This document shows positions 16,385 through 25,877 of a DNA stretch of 64,000 bases, in pieces. The stretch lies in NCBI GenBank assembly GCA_965203555.1, contig CBDBCY010000004.1, forward strand, positions 2,880,001 to 2,944,000. The letters are read 5' to 3'. Source of the DNA: Acidimicrobiia bacterium. GTDB taxonomy: Bacteria; Actinomycetota; Acidimicrobiia; Spongiisociales; ZC4RG35. Each line of letters opens with the position of its first letter. The first letter of the stretch is position 1. Below the pieces are notes generated by a model. It saw only the letters and a list, made by a program, of their open reading frames with translations, had not been told where the DNA came from and did not search any database. Made by a program: the position numbers and the translations under genes.

Positions 16385-18196
16385 TCAATCCGGCAAGGGA
16401 TCCAGTTGCAGGGTCTGTTCGGCGGCTTCCAGCGTCTGGTCTCCGTCGAGCGCCGGAAGGAACAGATCGCCGTAGCGGGACAGCCGGTCCCAGAGGTTGG
16501 CGATGTCAATATCGCCGTTGGCGAACTCCCCGACCTCTTCCCACAGCAGGGGCGCGGAAACCGGCGCCCCCGGAAGAGGCCGCACCGAGTAGACCGAGGA
16601 GACAGTCTGCCCGAAGGCGTTGCGGTTGTGGTCGATGAACACCTTCCCGGTTCGTTGGCGTTTGTCCCACGCCAGGGTCAGGTCGTCGGGATTGGCCGCA
16701 ACCAGCACCCGGGCGACCGCCGCCACGAATCGCCGCACTCGCCCGTAGCCGTGGATGGGCCGAAGCGGCAGGTAGACGTGCATGCCCCGGCTTCCCGACA
16801 GTTTGGGGACCGACCGCAGGCCCAACTGCTCAAGCGCCACTCCCAACAGTCGCACTCCTGCCACCACCTGCTCCCAGGAGGCCCCCGGGGCGGGATCGAA
16901 GTCGAACACCGCCCAGTCGGGGTGTCCCAGATCCGGATGGCGGGAGTGGAACGGATGCACCTCCACACACCCCATGTTGGCGAACCACAGCAGGGACTCC
17001 GGGTGGTCTGCGCACAGAAAGTCGATCTCCCCACCCATGGAGCGTGAACCAACCGGCAGGGTGCGCATCCACTCCGGATGATGACCGGGGGCTCGCTTCT
17101 CATAGAAGGAGGACCCCCCGATGCCGTCGGGAAAGCGTGACATGGACAGGGGCCGATCGCGCAGATGGGGGAGCAGGGTGGGGGCGACGGAGGCGTAGTA
17201 GCTGATCAGGTCTCCCTTCGTGTACCCGTCGGGGAAGAACGGCTTGGAGAGGTTGGAGAGGCTCACCGAACGCTTGGCCTCCCGGGGCCGGAACCGGTCG
17301 TCCATCGGTTCGACCCCGACCGGATCCGGGAAAGAGACCAGTCCCGAAGCCGCCTGGCGCCCCAGCCTTGGTGTCTTCTCCAGGCCGGCCACCACCGTGT
17401 GCAGCTCGGCGCCGATCTTCAGGTGGCTCTCCCACTCTCGGGCCTCGGAGATCACCACCATCGAGACACCCGACTCGCAGGCCGCTTCCACCAGTGGTCC
17501 GACGCGAAGGCTTCCCTCACCGTAGGGGACATGGCTGATCTCCCCGGCAGGTCCGAACCGGTTGTCGGTGAAGTGGGTGTGAAGCGGCGACAGCATCCAG
17601 GCGGGGAAGGAGTCCTTCAGAAAGGACAGCACTGTTTTGAACCGGTCCTTTCCGACCAGCCCACCTCCGGAGAGCGCGTGAAGGTGCGCCCAATCGATCA
17701 CCGGCCGCACGAACGGGAACTCCGAGGCCAACAGAGCGATGTCGCCCAGGGTCCCGAATGCGCCTTGGCGCCCGGCGGTTTCAAGGCCCAGCCCCACGCC
17801 CAGGTTTGCCACCTTGGGCGCCAGTGCGTCCAGGCGGCTTCGGATCAGGTCCATCACCTGCCCTGGGGCCCGACCCTTCAAGTGACCGGCGTGGGCGACG
17901 ATCAGGGGAGCGCGCAACTCCTGCCCCAGTTTCAGGGTGTGTTCCAGGGCAGACAGGCACATGCGGGACTTGTCGGGCTCCTCGGTGGTGAGAACCGCGA
18001 AGTAGGGAGCGTGAACCGAAATCCGGAAGTCCCGCTCCGCGGCGTGGGCGCCAAACTGTGCGCAGCGAACCTCCTTCCAGGGAAATCCTTTCACGAAGGA
18101 GAGTTCATAGGACCCTATGCCCTGTGAAGACAGGTCGTCGAAGAATTCCCGGTCCTCGGCGCCCTCCGGCGGCGGGGGACCGGAGACGCCGAACAT
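16385..18196 (-). CDS. Fusion of endonuclease IV-like (AP endonuclease family 2) TIM barrel and LigD-type primase-polymerase domain
   Basis: N-terminal SVHAPY, AHAG, LETAG, IDWAH, HTHF, GE..H, ISE; C-terminal LSNL.K.FFP..YTKGDL..YY, RFPDG, FYEK, FDFDP, SGSRGMH, FIDHNRN; start MFGVSGPP inferred. Confidence 0.9.
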   Translation of the reverse strand: MFGVSGPPPPEGAEDREFFDDLSSQGIGSYELSFVKGFPWKEVRCAQFGAHAAERDFRISVHAPYFAVLTTEEPDKSRMCLSALEHTLKLGQELRAPLIVAHAGHLKGRAPGQVMDLIRSRLDALAPKVANLGVGLGLETAGRQGAFGTLGDIALLASEFPFVRPVIDWAHLHALSGGGLVGKDRFKTVLSFLKDSFPAWMLSPLHTHFTDNRFGPAGEISHVPYGEGSLRVGPLVEAACESGVSMVVISEAREWESHLKIGAELHTVVAGLEKTPRLGRQAASGLVSFPDPVGVEPMDDRFRPREAKRSVSLSNLSKPFFPDGYTKGDLISYYASVAPTLLPHLRDRPLSMSRFPDGIGGSSFYEKRAPGHHPEWMRTLPVGSRSMGGEIDFLCADHPESLLWFANMGCVEVHPFHSRHPDLGHPDWAVFDFDPAPGASWEQVVAGVRLLGVALEQLGLRSVPKLSGSRGMHVYLPLRPIHGYGRVRRFVAAVARVLVAANPDDLTLAWDKRQRTGKVFIDHNRNAFGQTVSSVYSVRPLPGAPVSAPLLWEEVGEFANGDIDIANLWDRLSRYGDLFLPALDGDQTLEAAEQTLQLDPLPD

Positions 18197-18395
18197 GATC
18201 GGTGGCTGACCGAGGTCAGCGGCGGGGGGAGGTCGGTTCGGCACTCCGACTAATGATGGTCGCGGTGGGCGTGAAAGTGGCCCATGCGACCAAGTCCGCC
18301 GCCTGAAGTCAGACAAAACGCTGCTCCACAGGGTGGAATCGTTATATTTGGACGGCGGGTCATTCCCGGCCCGTCCAAGCAAGGAAGGAGCAGCA

Positions 18396-18587
18396 ATGGA
18401 AACCCTAGCCATTGTGTTGGCGGCGATCGGCGCTATCAACTGGGGATTAATCGGCTTGTTCGGTTTTGACCTGGTAGCGACCATCACCACCGCCGGAAAG
18501 TTCGGCGACACCAACATAATCTCTCGAATTATCTACGTGATCGTCGGTATCGCCGGCGTGATCGCTTTGATTGGTGCCTTCGGCTAA
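18396..18587 (+). CDS. DUF378 family small membrane protein
   Basis: IGAINWGLIGLFGFDLVA and SRIIYVIVGIAG; strong RBS (aaggag). Confidence 0.9.
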   Translation: METLAIVLAAIGAINWGLIGLFGFDLVATITTAGKFGDTNIISRIIYVIVGIAGVIALIGAFG

Positions 18588-18783
18588 TAGCCAGCACTTC
18601 GACAATTCACCTTTTGTAGGCGGCTGCCCCATGGTGTCGACTTCCCACCGGGAGTCGGGGCCATGGGGCAGCCCGCGTCCCGGGCGCCTGCAGTGAATCG
18701 AGCCAAGGCGGTTACCTCCCATCTCGAAAGGATTCCGCACATGCCGGTAACCTCCCTGGGGTGGCAATCGGGTCGAATTCCTG

Positions 18784-19671
18784 GTGACTAGAAGAATCCT
18801 GTTCGGGATCTGTACCGACCAGGCGGCGCCGTACCAGGTGTTGGTGGACCGGTGGCGGTATTTCGAGGAACTGGGGTTCGACAGCGTCTGGGACTGTGAT
18901 CATTTCCTCCGGCCTTCCGATCCCTCGGGTCCCTACTTTGAAGGATGGACGCTGCTGGCTGCGTTGGCGACGCAAACCTCTCGGATTCGGGTGGGGGTGC
19001 TGGTCGGAAGCAATACCTTCCGTCATCCGGCGTTGTTGGCGCACCAAGCCATCACCATCGACCACATCTCGGAGGGACGCCTGGAGTTGGGATTCGGCGC
19101 GGGGTGGTTCGTGGAGGAGCACGAGCGCTTCGGCATACCGTTCGGCGAGCCCCGGGTGCTGGTGGACAGGTTCGAGGAGGCGGTGGAGATCATCGACGCC
19201 CTGCTCCGAGGAGAGACCACCACCTACGACGGTCGGCATTACCAGCTGGAGGAGGCCCGCCTGCGCCCCCGGCCGGTTCAGTTGCCCCGACCCCCGTTCA
19301 CGCTGGGCGCCCACCGCCCCCGCATGCTGGCCATCTGCGCCCGGTACGCCGACCGCTGGAACTCGTTCGGCACCGTGGAGGAGATCGCCGGACGGAACCG
19401 CCTGCTCGACGAGGCATGTGAGAAGATCGGACGGAATCCCACCGAGATCATCCGGTCCTTCTACGGATGGGCGTCCAACATGGCCGCCCAGGGTTTGCCC
19501 GACGCCTGGGAGAGCGTGGACGCCTTCACCGAAGTGGTGGGAAGATACGCCGAAGCGGGTATCAACGAGTTCGTGTTCGATCAACCCCAGCCCGAGCAGT
19601 ACGCCACGGCCGAGAGGATTGTCTCCGAGGTAGTCGAACCTGGTCTCCCGGCTGTTGAGGTGACGTGGTAG
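18784..19671 (+). CDS. LLM-class flavin/F420-dependent oxidoreductase
   Basis: GFDSVW..DH, EGWTLLAALA, FRHPALLA, DHISEGRLELG.GAGW. Confidence 0.9.
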   Translation: MTRRILFGICTDQAAPYQVLVDRWRYFEELGFDSVWDCDHFLRPSDPSGPYFEGWTLLAALATQTSRIRVGVLVGSNTFRHPALLAHQAITIDHISEGRLELGFGAGWFVEEHERFGIPFGEPRVLVDRFEEAVEIIDALLRGETTTYDGRHYQLEEARLRPRPVQLPRPPFTLGAHRPRMLAICARYADRWNSFGTVEEIAGRNRLLDEACEKIGRNPTEIIRSFYGWASNMAAQGLPDAWESVDAFTEVVGRYAEAGINEFVFDQPQPEQYATAERIVSEVVEPGLPAVEVTW

Positions 19672-20525
19672 CAGCGGGAGACATCGCCTTCGGGGTGGCC
19701 ACCGGTCAGACGATGCCATACCGTGTGCTGGTAGAGCGGTGGCGGTACTTCGAGGAACTGGGGTTCGACAGCATCTGGCACTTCGACCATCTCCTGCAGC
19801 CCTATGAACCGTCCCTTCCGTATTTCGAGGGGTGGACGCTTCTGGCGGCCCTGGCCGCTCGAACCAGCCGCGTCCGGGTGGGGCTGCTGGTGGCGAGCAA
19901 TACCTTCCGTCATCCGGCGCTCTTGGCTCAGCAGGCCATCACCCTGGATCACATCTCACAGGGACGCTTGGAGATGGGGATCGGCGCGGGGTGGTTCGTG
20001 GAGGAGCATGATCGGTTCGGGATCCCCCTCCATCAGCCGGGGGTGCGGGTGGACAGATTCGAGGAGGCTTTGAAGGTGATCGACCCCTTGCTGCGCGGGG
20101 AGACCGTTTCCCATCAGGGCCGTCACTATCAGCTCCGCGAGGCACGGCTCCGCCCCCGGCCGGTACAATCACCCCGCCCACCCCTGACCCTGGGCGCCCA
20201 CCGGCCCCGGATGCTGGGGATCTGCGCGCGCTACGCGGACCGATGGAACTCCACAGGAACGGTGGAGCAGATGGCCGAACGGAACCGCCGACTGGACGAG
20301 GCATGCCGGAGGATCGGCCGTGATCCGGCCGAGATAACCCGTTCCGTCCTCGCCGGGAACACCAATCTGGACTCCCAGGGTCTGCCGGACGCATGGTCGA
20401 GTATCGACGCGTTCAACGAAGTGGTGGGAAGATACGCCGAGGCGGGTATCAACGAGTTGATCTTCGAACCGCCCCGACCCGAGCGGTTCTCCACGGCCGA
20501 GAAGATTATGGCGGAGGTGAGATAA
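19665..20525 (+). CDS. LLM-class flavin/F420-dependent oxidoreductase (tandem paralog)
   Basis: Same motifs; long near-identical stretches with the upstream gene. Confidence 0.9.
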   Translation: MVAAGDIAFGVATGQTMPYRVLVERWRYFEELGFDSIWHFDHLLQPYEPSLPYFEGWTLLAALAARTSRVRVGLLVASNTFRHPALLAQQAITLDHISQGRLEMGIGAGWFVEEHDRFGIPLHQPGVRVDRFEEALKVIDPLLRGETVSHQGRHYQLREARLRPRPVQSPRPPLTLGAHRPRMLGICARYADRWNSTGTVEQMAERNRRLDEACRRIGRDPAEITRSVLAGNTNLDSQGLPDAWSSIDAFNEVVGRYAEAGINELIFEPPRPERFSTAEKIMAEVR

Positions 20526-20578
20526 ACCCCGGCCTGTGAACCATCCCAGCCGGCTGGGTATTCAAGTAACTGGTCCGA

Positions 20579-20971
20579 TCAGGCCCTGGCGCCCAGCGGC
20601 TTGGTGGGGCGGGACAGCACGTACCACCAGGCAATTGCTGCTACTGCCACCAGGATCACTCGGAGGGTGGTGTTGCTGGTCAGGAGGACCGCCGACACAC
20701 CGATCGAGAGGGTTATCCCCACCAAAGCGATGGCCTTGGCCCGTTTGGTGAGACCGCCCTGGTAACTGCGGATGATCTTGCCGAACACCGGGTGGTTGCG
20801 AAGCCACATCTCAAAACGCCGTGACGACCGGGCGAAGAAGAACAGCGCCAGGATCACGAAGTCCGCAGTGGGAATCCCGGGCAGCCAACTGATAAAAACG
20901 AACCCGAGACAGATCAATCCCAGGATGAGATAGATCAGGCGGACGAGGGGAAATCGGGCTATCTGCGCCAC
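20579..20971 (-). CDS. YbaN/DUF454 family inner membrane protein
   Basis: LPGIPTADF.ILA..FFARSS.RF..WL.NHP.FG motif; GTG start inferred. Confidence 0.85.
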   Translation of the reverse strand: MAQIARFPLVRLIYLILGLICLGFVFISWLPGIPTADFVILALFFFARSSRRFEMWLRNHPVFGKIIRSYQGGLTKRAKAIALVGITLSIGVSAVLLTSNTTLRVILVAVAAIAWWYVLSRPTKPLGARA

Positions 20972-21046
20972 ATCCCAGAGGCTACGAATTATTGACCAAT
21001 AAATCAAAGCCACTCTGTGTTTTCTGGACGCAACTAGCCTTCCGAT

Positions 21047-21475
21047 ATGGCCTACCGGACTGTCCAGAGGGTGCGTTTCTCCGACCTCGACCCCTACAAC
21101 CACGTCAACCACGCCCGGTATCTGAGCTTCTTCGAGATGGCGCGGGTGGATCTGCTGGACGAGATAGGTTTCAGCATGGAGCAGCTAGCCGCAATGGGTC
21201 TTCAGATCGTGCTGGTGGAAGCCAACATCCGTTATTACACCCCGGCGCGCCTGGGCGACGAGATCCAGATCGCCACCAGGGTCAGGGAGGTGCGCCGCGC
21301 CTCTACCCGCTGGTCACAGAGAGCACAGATGGGTTCAGAGCAGGTGGCAGCGCTGGAGATAAAAGCGGCCTTCACCAATCTTGACGGCAAACCCCAACGC
21401 ACTCCCCGAGGCTTTGCCGAGGCAACCGCGCCCTATCGAGTGGAAGACTTAAAACGCAGGCCGCTACCTGGCTGA
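21047..21475 (+). CDS. Acyl-CoA thioesterase (YbgC/4HBT family)
   Basis: VRFSDLDPYNHVNHARYLSFFE.AR hot-dog motif. Confidence 0.92.
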   Translation: MAYRTVQRVRFSDLDPYNHVNHARYLSFFEMARVDLLDEIGFSMEQLAAMGLQIVLVEANIRYYTPARLGDEIQIATRVREVRRASTRWSQRAQMGSEQVAALEIKAAFTNLDGKPQRTPRGFAEATAPYRVEDLKRRPLPG

Positions 21476-21479
21476 CAAC

Positions 21480-21973
21480 GCCAGTGAACATAAAAGACCC
21501 GGCCCAAGGAGGGCCCCCGGTTTGGACCAGACCCGGACCAAAAGCAGTCCCAGGGCCTTGTTCAACCCGCAGACATGACCCCATGTGAAAGAACGAAGAA
21601 ACGTTCCCAACGTGGAAGGGGCCATCATCCAAACGGTAACACCCTCCGGGTTGCTGCGGACCGCAGACGATCAGCATGATCGATATGGGTGCCGCCCAAC
21701 AGCATTCGACGCCACCAACGACAGCATCTTGCGGCCCGGACGTCCGCCGCCCGCTCTGCCGCCATCCGAACGGTGTCGTCCACCAACTGTTCCACACCCA
21801 ACCGGGACAAAAGACCTCCCACCAGCAACAGGTACGCATCCGCCACCAAAGACCCCTCGCTGCCAAGGGCAAACAGCCGTGTTCAGTTACTGCTGTTTTT
21901 CCAGGTCAGAGAGGCACTTCCCCTCATTTACCCGAACCACACCCACCCAAACTGCCCGATCGGTGGATTGAGG
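21480..21973 (-). pseudogene. Truncated, frameshifted IS1380-family element (one end plus 5' part of transposase)
   Basis: VADA.LLL..L..RLG.E.LVD, GGTHIDHADRLR, APSTLGTFLRSFTWGH segments across frames; terminus CCTCAATCCACCGA at 21973. Confidence 0.78.
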
Positions 21974-21974
21974 T

Positions 21975-24344
21975 TTATTGGTTTGGGGTCATGCGGTAGC
22001 CGGTCCGGTGTTCGGTGTGAATGTGGGTGGGGTTGGTGGCGTTGTCGCCCAGTTTGCGGCGGAGGCTGCTGATCACGGTTCGCATTGGTCTGAGGTCCCT
22101 GTTCTTTTGTTGGCCCCAGACTCGTTTCAGGAGTTGTTCGTAGGTTATGACGTGACCGGCATTTTGTGACAGTTCGGCCAGGAGGCGGTACTCGATGGCG
22201 GTTAGTTGGACTGGTCGGCCTGCGAGAGTGACTCGGCGGCGGGTGTAGTCGATGGTCAGGTCACCTACGTTGTACGGCTTGGCCGGTTCGTGTGTGGCTT
22301 CTTTGCGTAGGGCGGCTCTGATCCTGGCGGCTAGCTCGGTAGGTGAGAACGGTTTGACGATGTAGTCGACTGCTCCCATGTCGAAAGCCTTGGCGATTAT
22401 GTCTTCTTGGCCGTACACGGACAGGAAGATGATCGGCATGTCGGTTGTTTTGAGGATGTCTTTCATCAGGGCGATTCCGTCCGTGCCGGGGAGCATCAGG
22501 TCTAACAGGACCAGTTGCGGATGGTTTGTTTCGACCAGGTGCTGTGCTTTGGTCGGATCGCCGGTCACGATCGGTTTGTATCCCTCTTTGGTTAGTACGT
22601 TGCGCACGTACCGAAGCGCTTGGGGGTCGTCATCTACCACCAGTATTGGCTGGTCGTCTTGTGAGCGGCTGGTGGAGGAGTGGGATGGGTCGGCGGGTGT
22701 GCCGGTTGTGACCTGTTCGGCTATCGGGATCGTGAAAGTGAACCGAGTGCCCGTTCCGGGACCGTCGCTCTCGGCCCAGATGCGACCCCCGTGAGCCTCG
22801 ACGATCCCTTTGCAGATCGCCAGGCCCATGCCCGGCCCCCGCAGCAGGTTTTCGTGGTTATCGGTTCTCCAGTCGGGGAGTTTTCCGAACAGGTGAGGCA
22901 ATAGCTCGGGTGTCACGCCTTTGCCCCGGTCGGAGACGGACACCGCCACATGAAGACCGTCTCGGACCGCGGTTATCCGGATAACAGACGACTCGTCAGA
23001 AAACCGGGCGGCGTTGCCCAACAGGTTGCTGAGCACTTGAACAATGCGGCGCCTGTCCGCCATCACCATCGGCAGGCCCGGCGCCAGGTCGATACGCAAG
23101 TTGTCACCGTCCCCGCCGCTGAGGAAGGTGTTCTTTGCCTCTTCTACTATGGTGACCAAAACCTCAGGCTTGGGAGAGACTGAAAGAGTGCCGGTCTCGA
23201 CCCGTGCAAGATCCAAAAGATCACTTATCAGTTCCCGCATCCGGTCGGTCTGCGCATCGATGATCCGGTAAAACTGGACTGTCTCGGCCGGATCCAGAGA
23301 CGCCCCCAGCATGGTGGTAACAGATCCCTTGATGGACATAAGAGGCATCCTCAATTCGTGGCTCACCATCGCCAGGAACCCGGCCCGGAGCCGCTCCAAC
23401 TCCTCCACATCGGTCATATCCTGCAGCGTTACCACGAACGACTCGACCCCTCCGTCACCTGAACGGATGGGTGTGGCGTTCACCAAAACGGTGACACGCC
23501 GCCCGTCGGGAACCTGCATGACGATCTCCTCGGCCCGTACAGTCTCCCCGCCGCTCAACGTCTGCGCCAACGGCAACTCGTCGAAAGAGACTTCCCTCCC
23601 GTCCCCACGGCGAATCGTCATAACCTCCAAAAGCTGCTCCGGCGACTGACCCGGATCCCTGAGACGGTCAACGATTCTCCGGGTTTCCCGGTTAATCGAC
23701 ACCACCCCTCCCGACCGGCCGTCCAAGACCACGACCCCGACCGGCGAAGTGTTGATCAGAGTCTCCAGATCGGCCCTTGCCCGCTGCTCGTCCCTAAACG
23801 CCCGGGCGTTGGCTATCACCATCGCTGCCTGCGACGCGAACAACACCAAAGTCTCCTCGTCCTCCGACGTGAACCCCCGACCCCCCTCCTTCCGACCCAC
23901 GTAAATACCCCCCACCCGCGTCCCTTGATGAAACACCGGCGCGCCCAAAAGAGAAAAATCCGGATCGTTCCCCACCGGAGGAGGCAACCGAGGAAGACCC
24001 AAAGAACCCATATGCCCCACCAAATCCCGAATCCTCAAAGGCTCGGGAATACTCCCCAGATACTCGAAAAGTCGCATCCCATCCGGCATGTCCCACAACA
24101 ACTGCGCCTCCTCCACCGTCAAACCCGAAGAAAGAGAATCCCGCAGCCGCCCCGACCCCTCCAACAGCGTAATAACCCCATAACGAGCCCCGGTCAACGA
24201 CCGAGCAGAATCCAACACCCCCTGCAACACCGTGTCATAATCAAGACTTTCGTTGATCCGCAGACTGGCGTGCCTCAACCGCGACAAACGATCCCGAAGC
24301 GCCTCAACCTGCCCCCTCAAATCATCGACTCGCTCCACACTCAC
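21975..24344 (-). CDS. Hybrid one-protein two-component system: GAF-PAS-HisKA-HATPase-REC-OmpR winged helix
   Basis: GAF (FTSEDEE.L.LFA.QAA), PAS, VSHELR.PL, NLL.NA, G.GLAI.K.IVEAHGG, VVDDD, LLDLMLP, DYIVKPF, LT..EY.LL, LRRKL. Confidence 0.93.
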   Translation of the reverse strand: MSVERVDDLRGQVEALRDRLSRLRHASLRINESLDYDTVLQGVLDSARSLTGARYGVITLLEGSGRLRDSLSSGLTVEEAQLLWDMPDGMRLFEYLGSIPEPLRIRDLVGHMGSLGLPRLPPPVGNDPDFSLLGAPVFHQGTRVGGIYVGRKEGGRGFTSEDEETLVLFASQAAMVIANARAFRDEQRARADLETLINTSPVGVVVLDGRSGGVVSINRETRRIVDRLRDPGQSPEQLLEVMTIRRGDGREVSFDELPLAQTLSGGETVRAEEIVMQVPDGRRVTVLVNATPIRSGDGGVESFVVTLQDMTDVEELERLRAGFLAMVSHELRMPLMSIKGSVTTMLGASLDPAETVQFYRIIDAQTDRMRELISDLLDLARVETGTLSVSPKPEVLVTIVEEAKNTFLSGGDGDNLRIDLAPGLPMVMADRRRIVQVLSNLLGNAARFSDESSVIRITAVRDGLHVAVSVSDRGKGVTPELLPHLFGKLPDWRTDNHENLLRGPGMGLAICKGIVEAHGGRIWAESDGPGTGTRFTFTIPIAEQVTTGTPADPSHSSTSRSQDDQPILVVDDDPQALRYVRNVLTKEGYKPIVTGDPTKAQHLVETNHPQLVLLDLMLPGTDGIALMKDILKTTDMPIIFLSVYGQEDIIAKAFDMGAVDYIVKPFSPTELAARIRAALRKEATHEPAKPYNVGDLTIDYTRRRVTLAGRPVQLTAIEYRLLAELSQNAGHVITYEQLLKRVWGQQKNRDLRPMRTVISSLRRKLGDNATNPTHIHTEHRTGYRMTPNQ

Positions 24345-25338
24345 CTCACCTCAACACCACCGGACACGAACCAACCCGCACATCCTCACAAAAACCTGAC
24401 ACCAAACAAACCGGAATCAACACACCCCGACCGTTAACGACCCCCACTATACCAACAACCACTCCCCGCCCTCACAACAACTCACAGCATCAATCCCCCC
24501 CAGGCATCCCCGGGACGGCTCAACAGAACCAGATGGCTTCCAACATCACGCTCAAATGCTTCCTGTGATCCCAGGGGAACTTTCAGGGCGAGGGCTTACA
24601 GTCGGCCTAAACGGCGCAGAGAGAGCAGACCCCAAACGGGCGGTTGTTTCCCGGCCTTCCGCAGGCGATCCGCACGATCAGAACCGAAAGAGCCGCTCCC
24701 ACAGAGACATGCCGGTGTTGGCAGCGTCACAGTCCAGGCTTTACCTCCAGAAGTCGTGTCCGCCGTCGATCCGATCAGTCCGTCAGGCGCGGCTGACCGA
24801 CATTCATCCATCAGTATCTGCCAACAGACGCGACTACCGAACGCGGCGGGTGCACGCCGGACTGCGGCTGGTTTCAGCTGTGAATCGATGTCCTCGACGG
24901 CGAAGGGGACGGTTCCCCGCGGTTCGTTTCCACCATCCCCACGCCGATGCCGGTCAGGCGGCGGGCCCGGCAGGCGCCGCAGTTGTCGGTGTCCCCCGGC
25001 CCGACCCGGACCATCCCAGCCCGTACCAAGGGGGCGGAGCCCGCCGCAAAAGGGAACGAAAGACCCCACCCACAAACGCGCGGAGGTGCGCAGAGTATCA
25101 ATCCGGGCCGCTGCTCCTGACCCCCGCACACCCCGGTTTAGCCATGTCTCATAAGAACTCACACATTATTGCGCGAAAACCCACATCATGCTGATAAGTC
25201 CTGTTTCGGAGCCCCTTAAACCGCCACCCCTTTAGTTATGGTGATTAAACAACCGGTAGGAAGAAGCGGAATGCTGTGGGCAAGGCTTTTGGGAAAGGCT
25301 ACCCAAGACGAAACGCAGGTCTTGGTTGGACGAATCGC

Positions 25339-25351
25339 GGGGGGGGGGGGG
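25339..25351 (+). repeat. G13 homopolymer in the intergenic region upstream of the giant surface protein gene
   Basis: 13 consecutive G. Confidence 0.9.
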
Positions 25352-25753
25352 TCTTTTGGTGTGCTTCTCGGTGGTGGGGTCAGCAGGGCGCCAGGGTACA
25401 GATTGGGGACATCTTCCGAGAAGGGGCCGGCGGCAGCGGTAACAGGCGGTAAGGACACAACCGCGGACCCGCGCCTGCGGGCTGTCTTCGAACTGATCCT
25501 CCCTAAAACCAGTGACCGATCACCGACTTGTATGACCTGGCATACCGTCACCGTCGGGCATGGCATCGTGAACCCGCAGAAACAGACCACCTGCCGCATC
25601 CAGCGGATCTCTAGAAAAACTGCCGGACCCTCCAAAAACACTGTTCGACAGCAACGACAAGCCCCCCGCATCGCCAGCCATGCCGGCACCGGTCCGCAAC
25701 CGGGCCTCCGGTCAGTCACCCGGTCGCGTTCAAAGGCCAGCCGGGAAGTCCCC

Positions 25754-25787
25754 GGACCAAACCCAGCACCGGACCAAACCCAGCACC
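25754..25787 (+). repeat. 17-bp tandem direct repeat (ggaccaaacccagcacc x2)
   Basis: Two perfect adjacent copies ~90 bp upstream of the ATG at 25878. Confidence 0.9.
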
Positions 25788-25877
25788 ACTCGGGCACGAC
25801 GAAAGCACGTCGCTGTACGCGACAACGATGACCAAACAACAAACCCGCGAAAACACCAAAACCGAGAGGATCAAAAC

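Noticed and set aside
18197-18517. N-terminal extension of the 710-aa ORF 16385..18517
   Set aside because: Overlaps the well-supported DUF378 gene on the opposite strand; homology-like sequence begins at MFGVSGPP
24585-24660. cggcctaaac resembling part of a c-di-GMP-I riboswitch
   Set aside because: No GGCAAA/GAAA tetraloop P2 or matching P1; match too short
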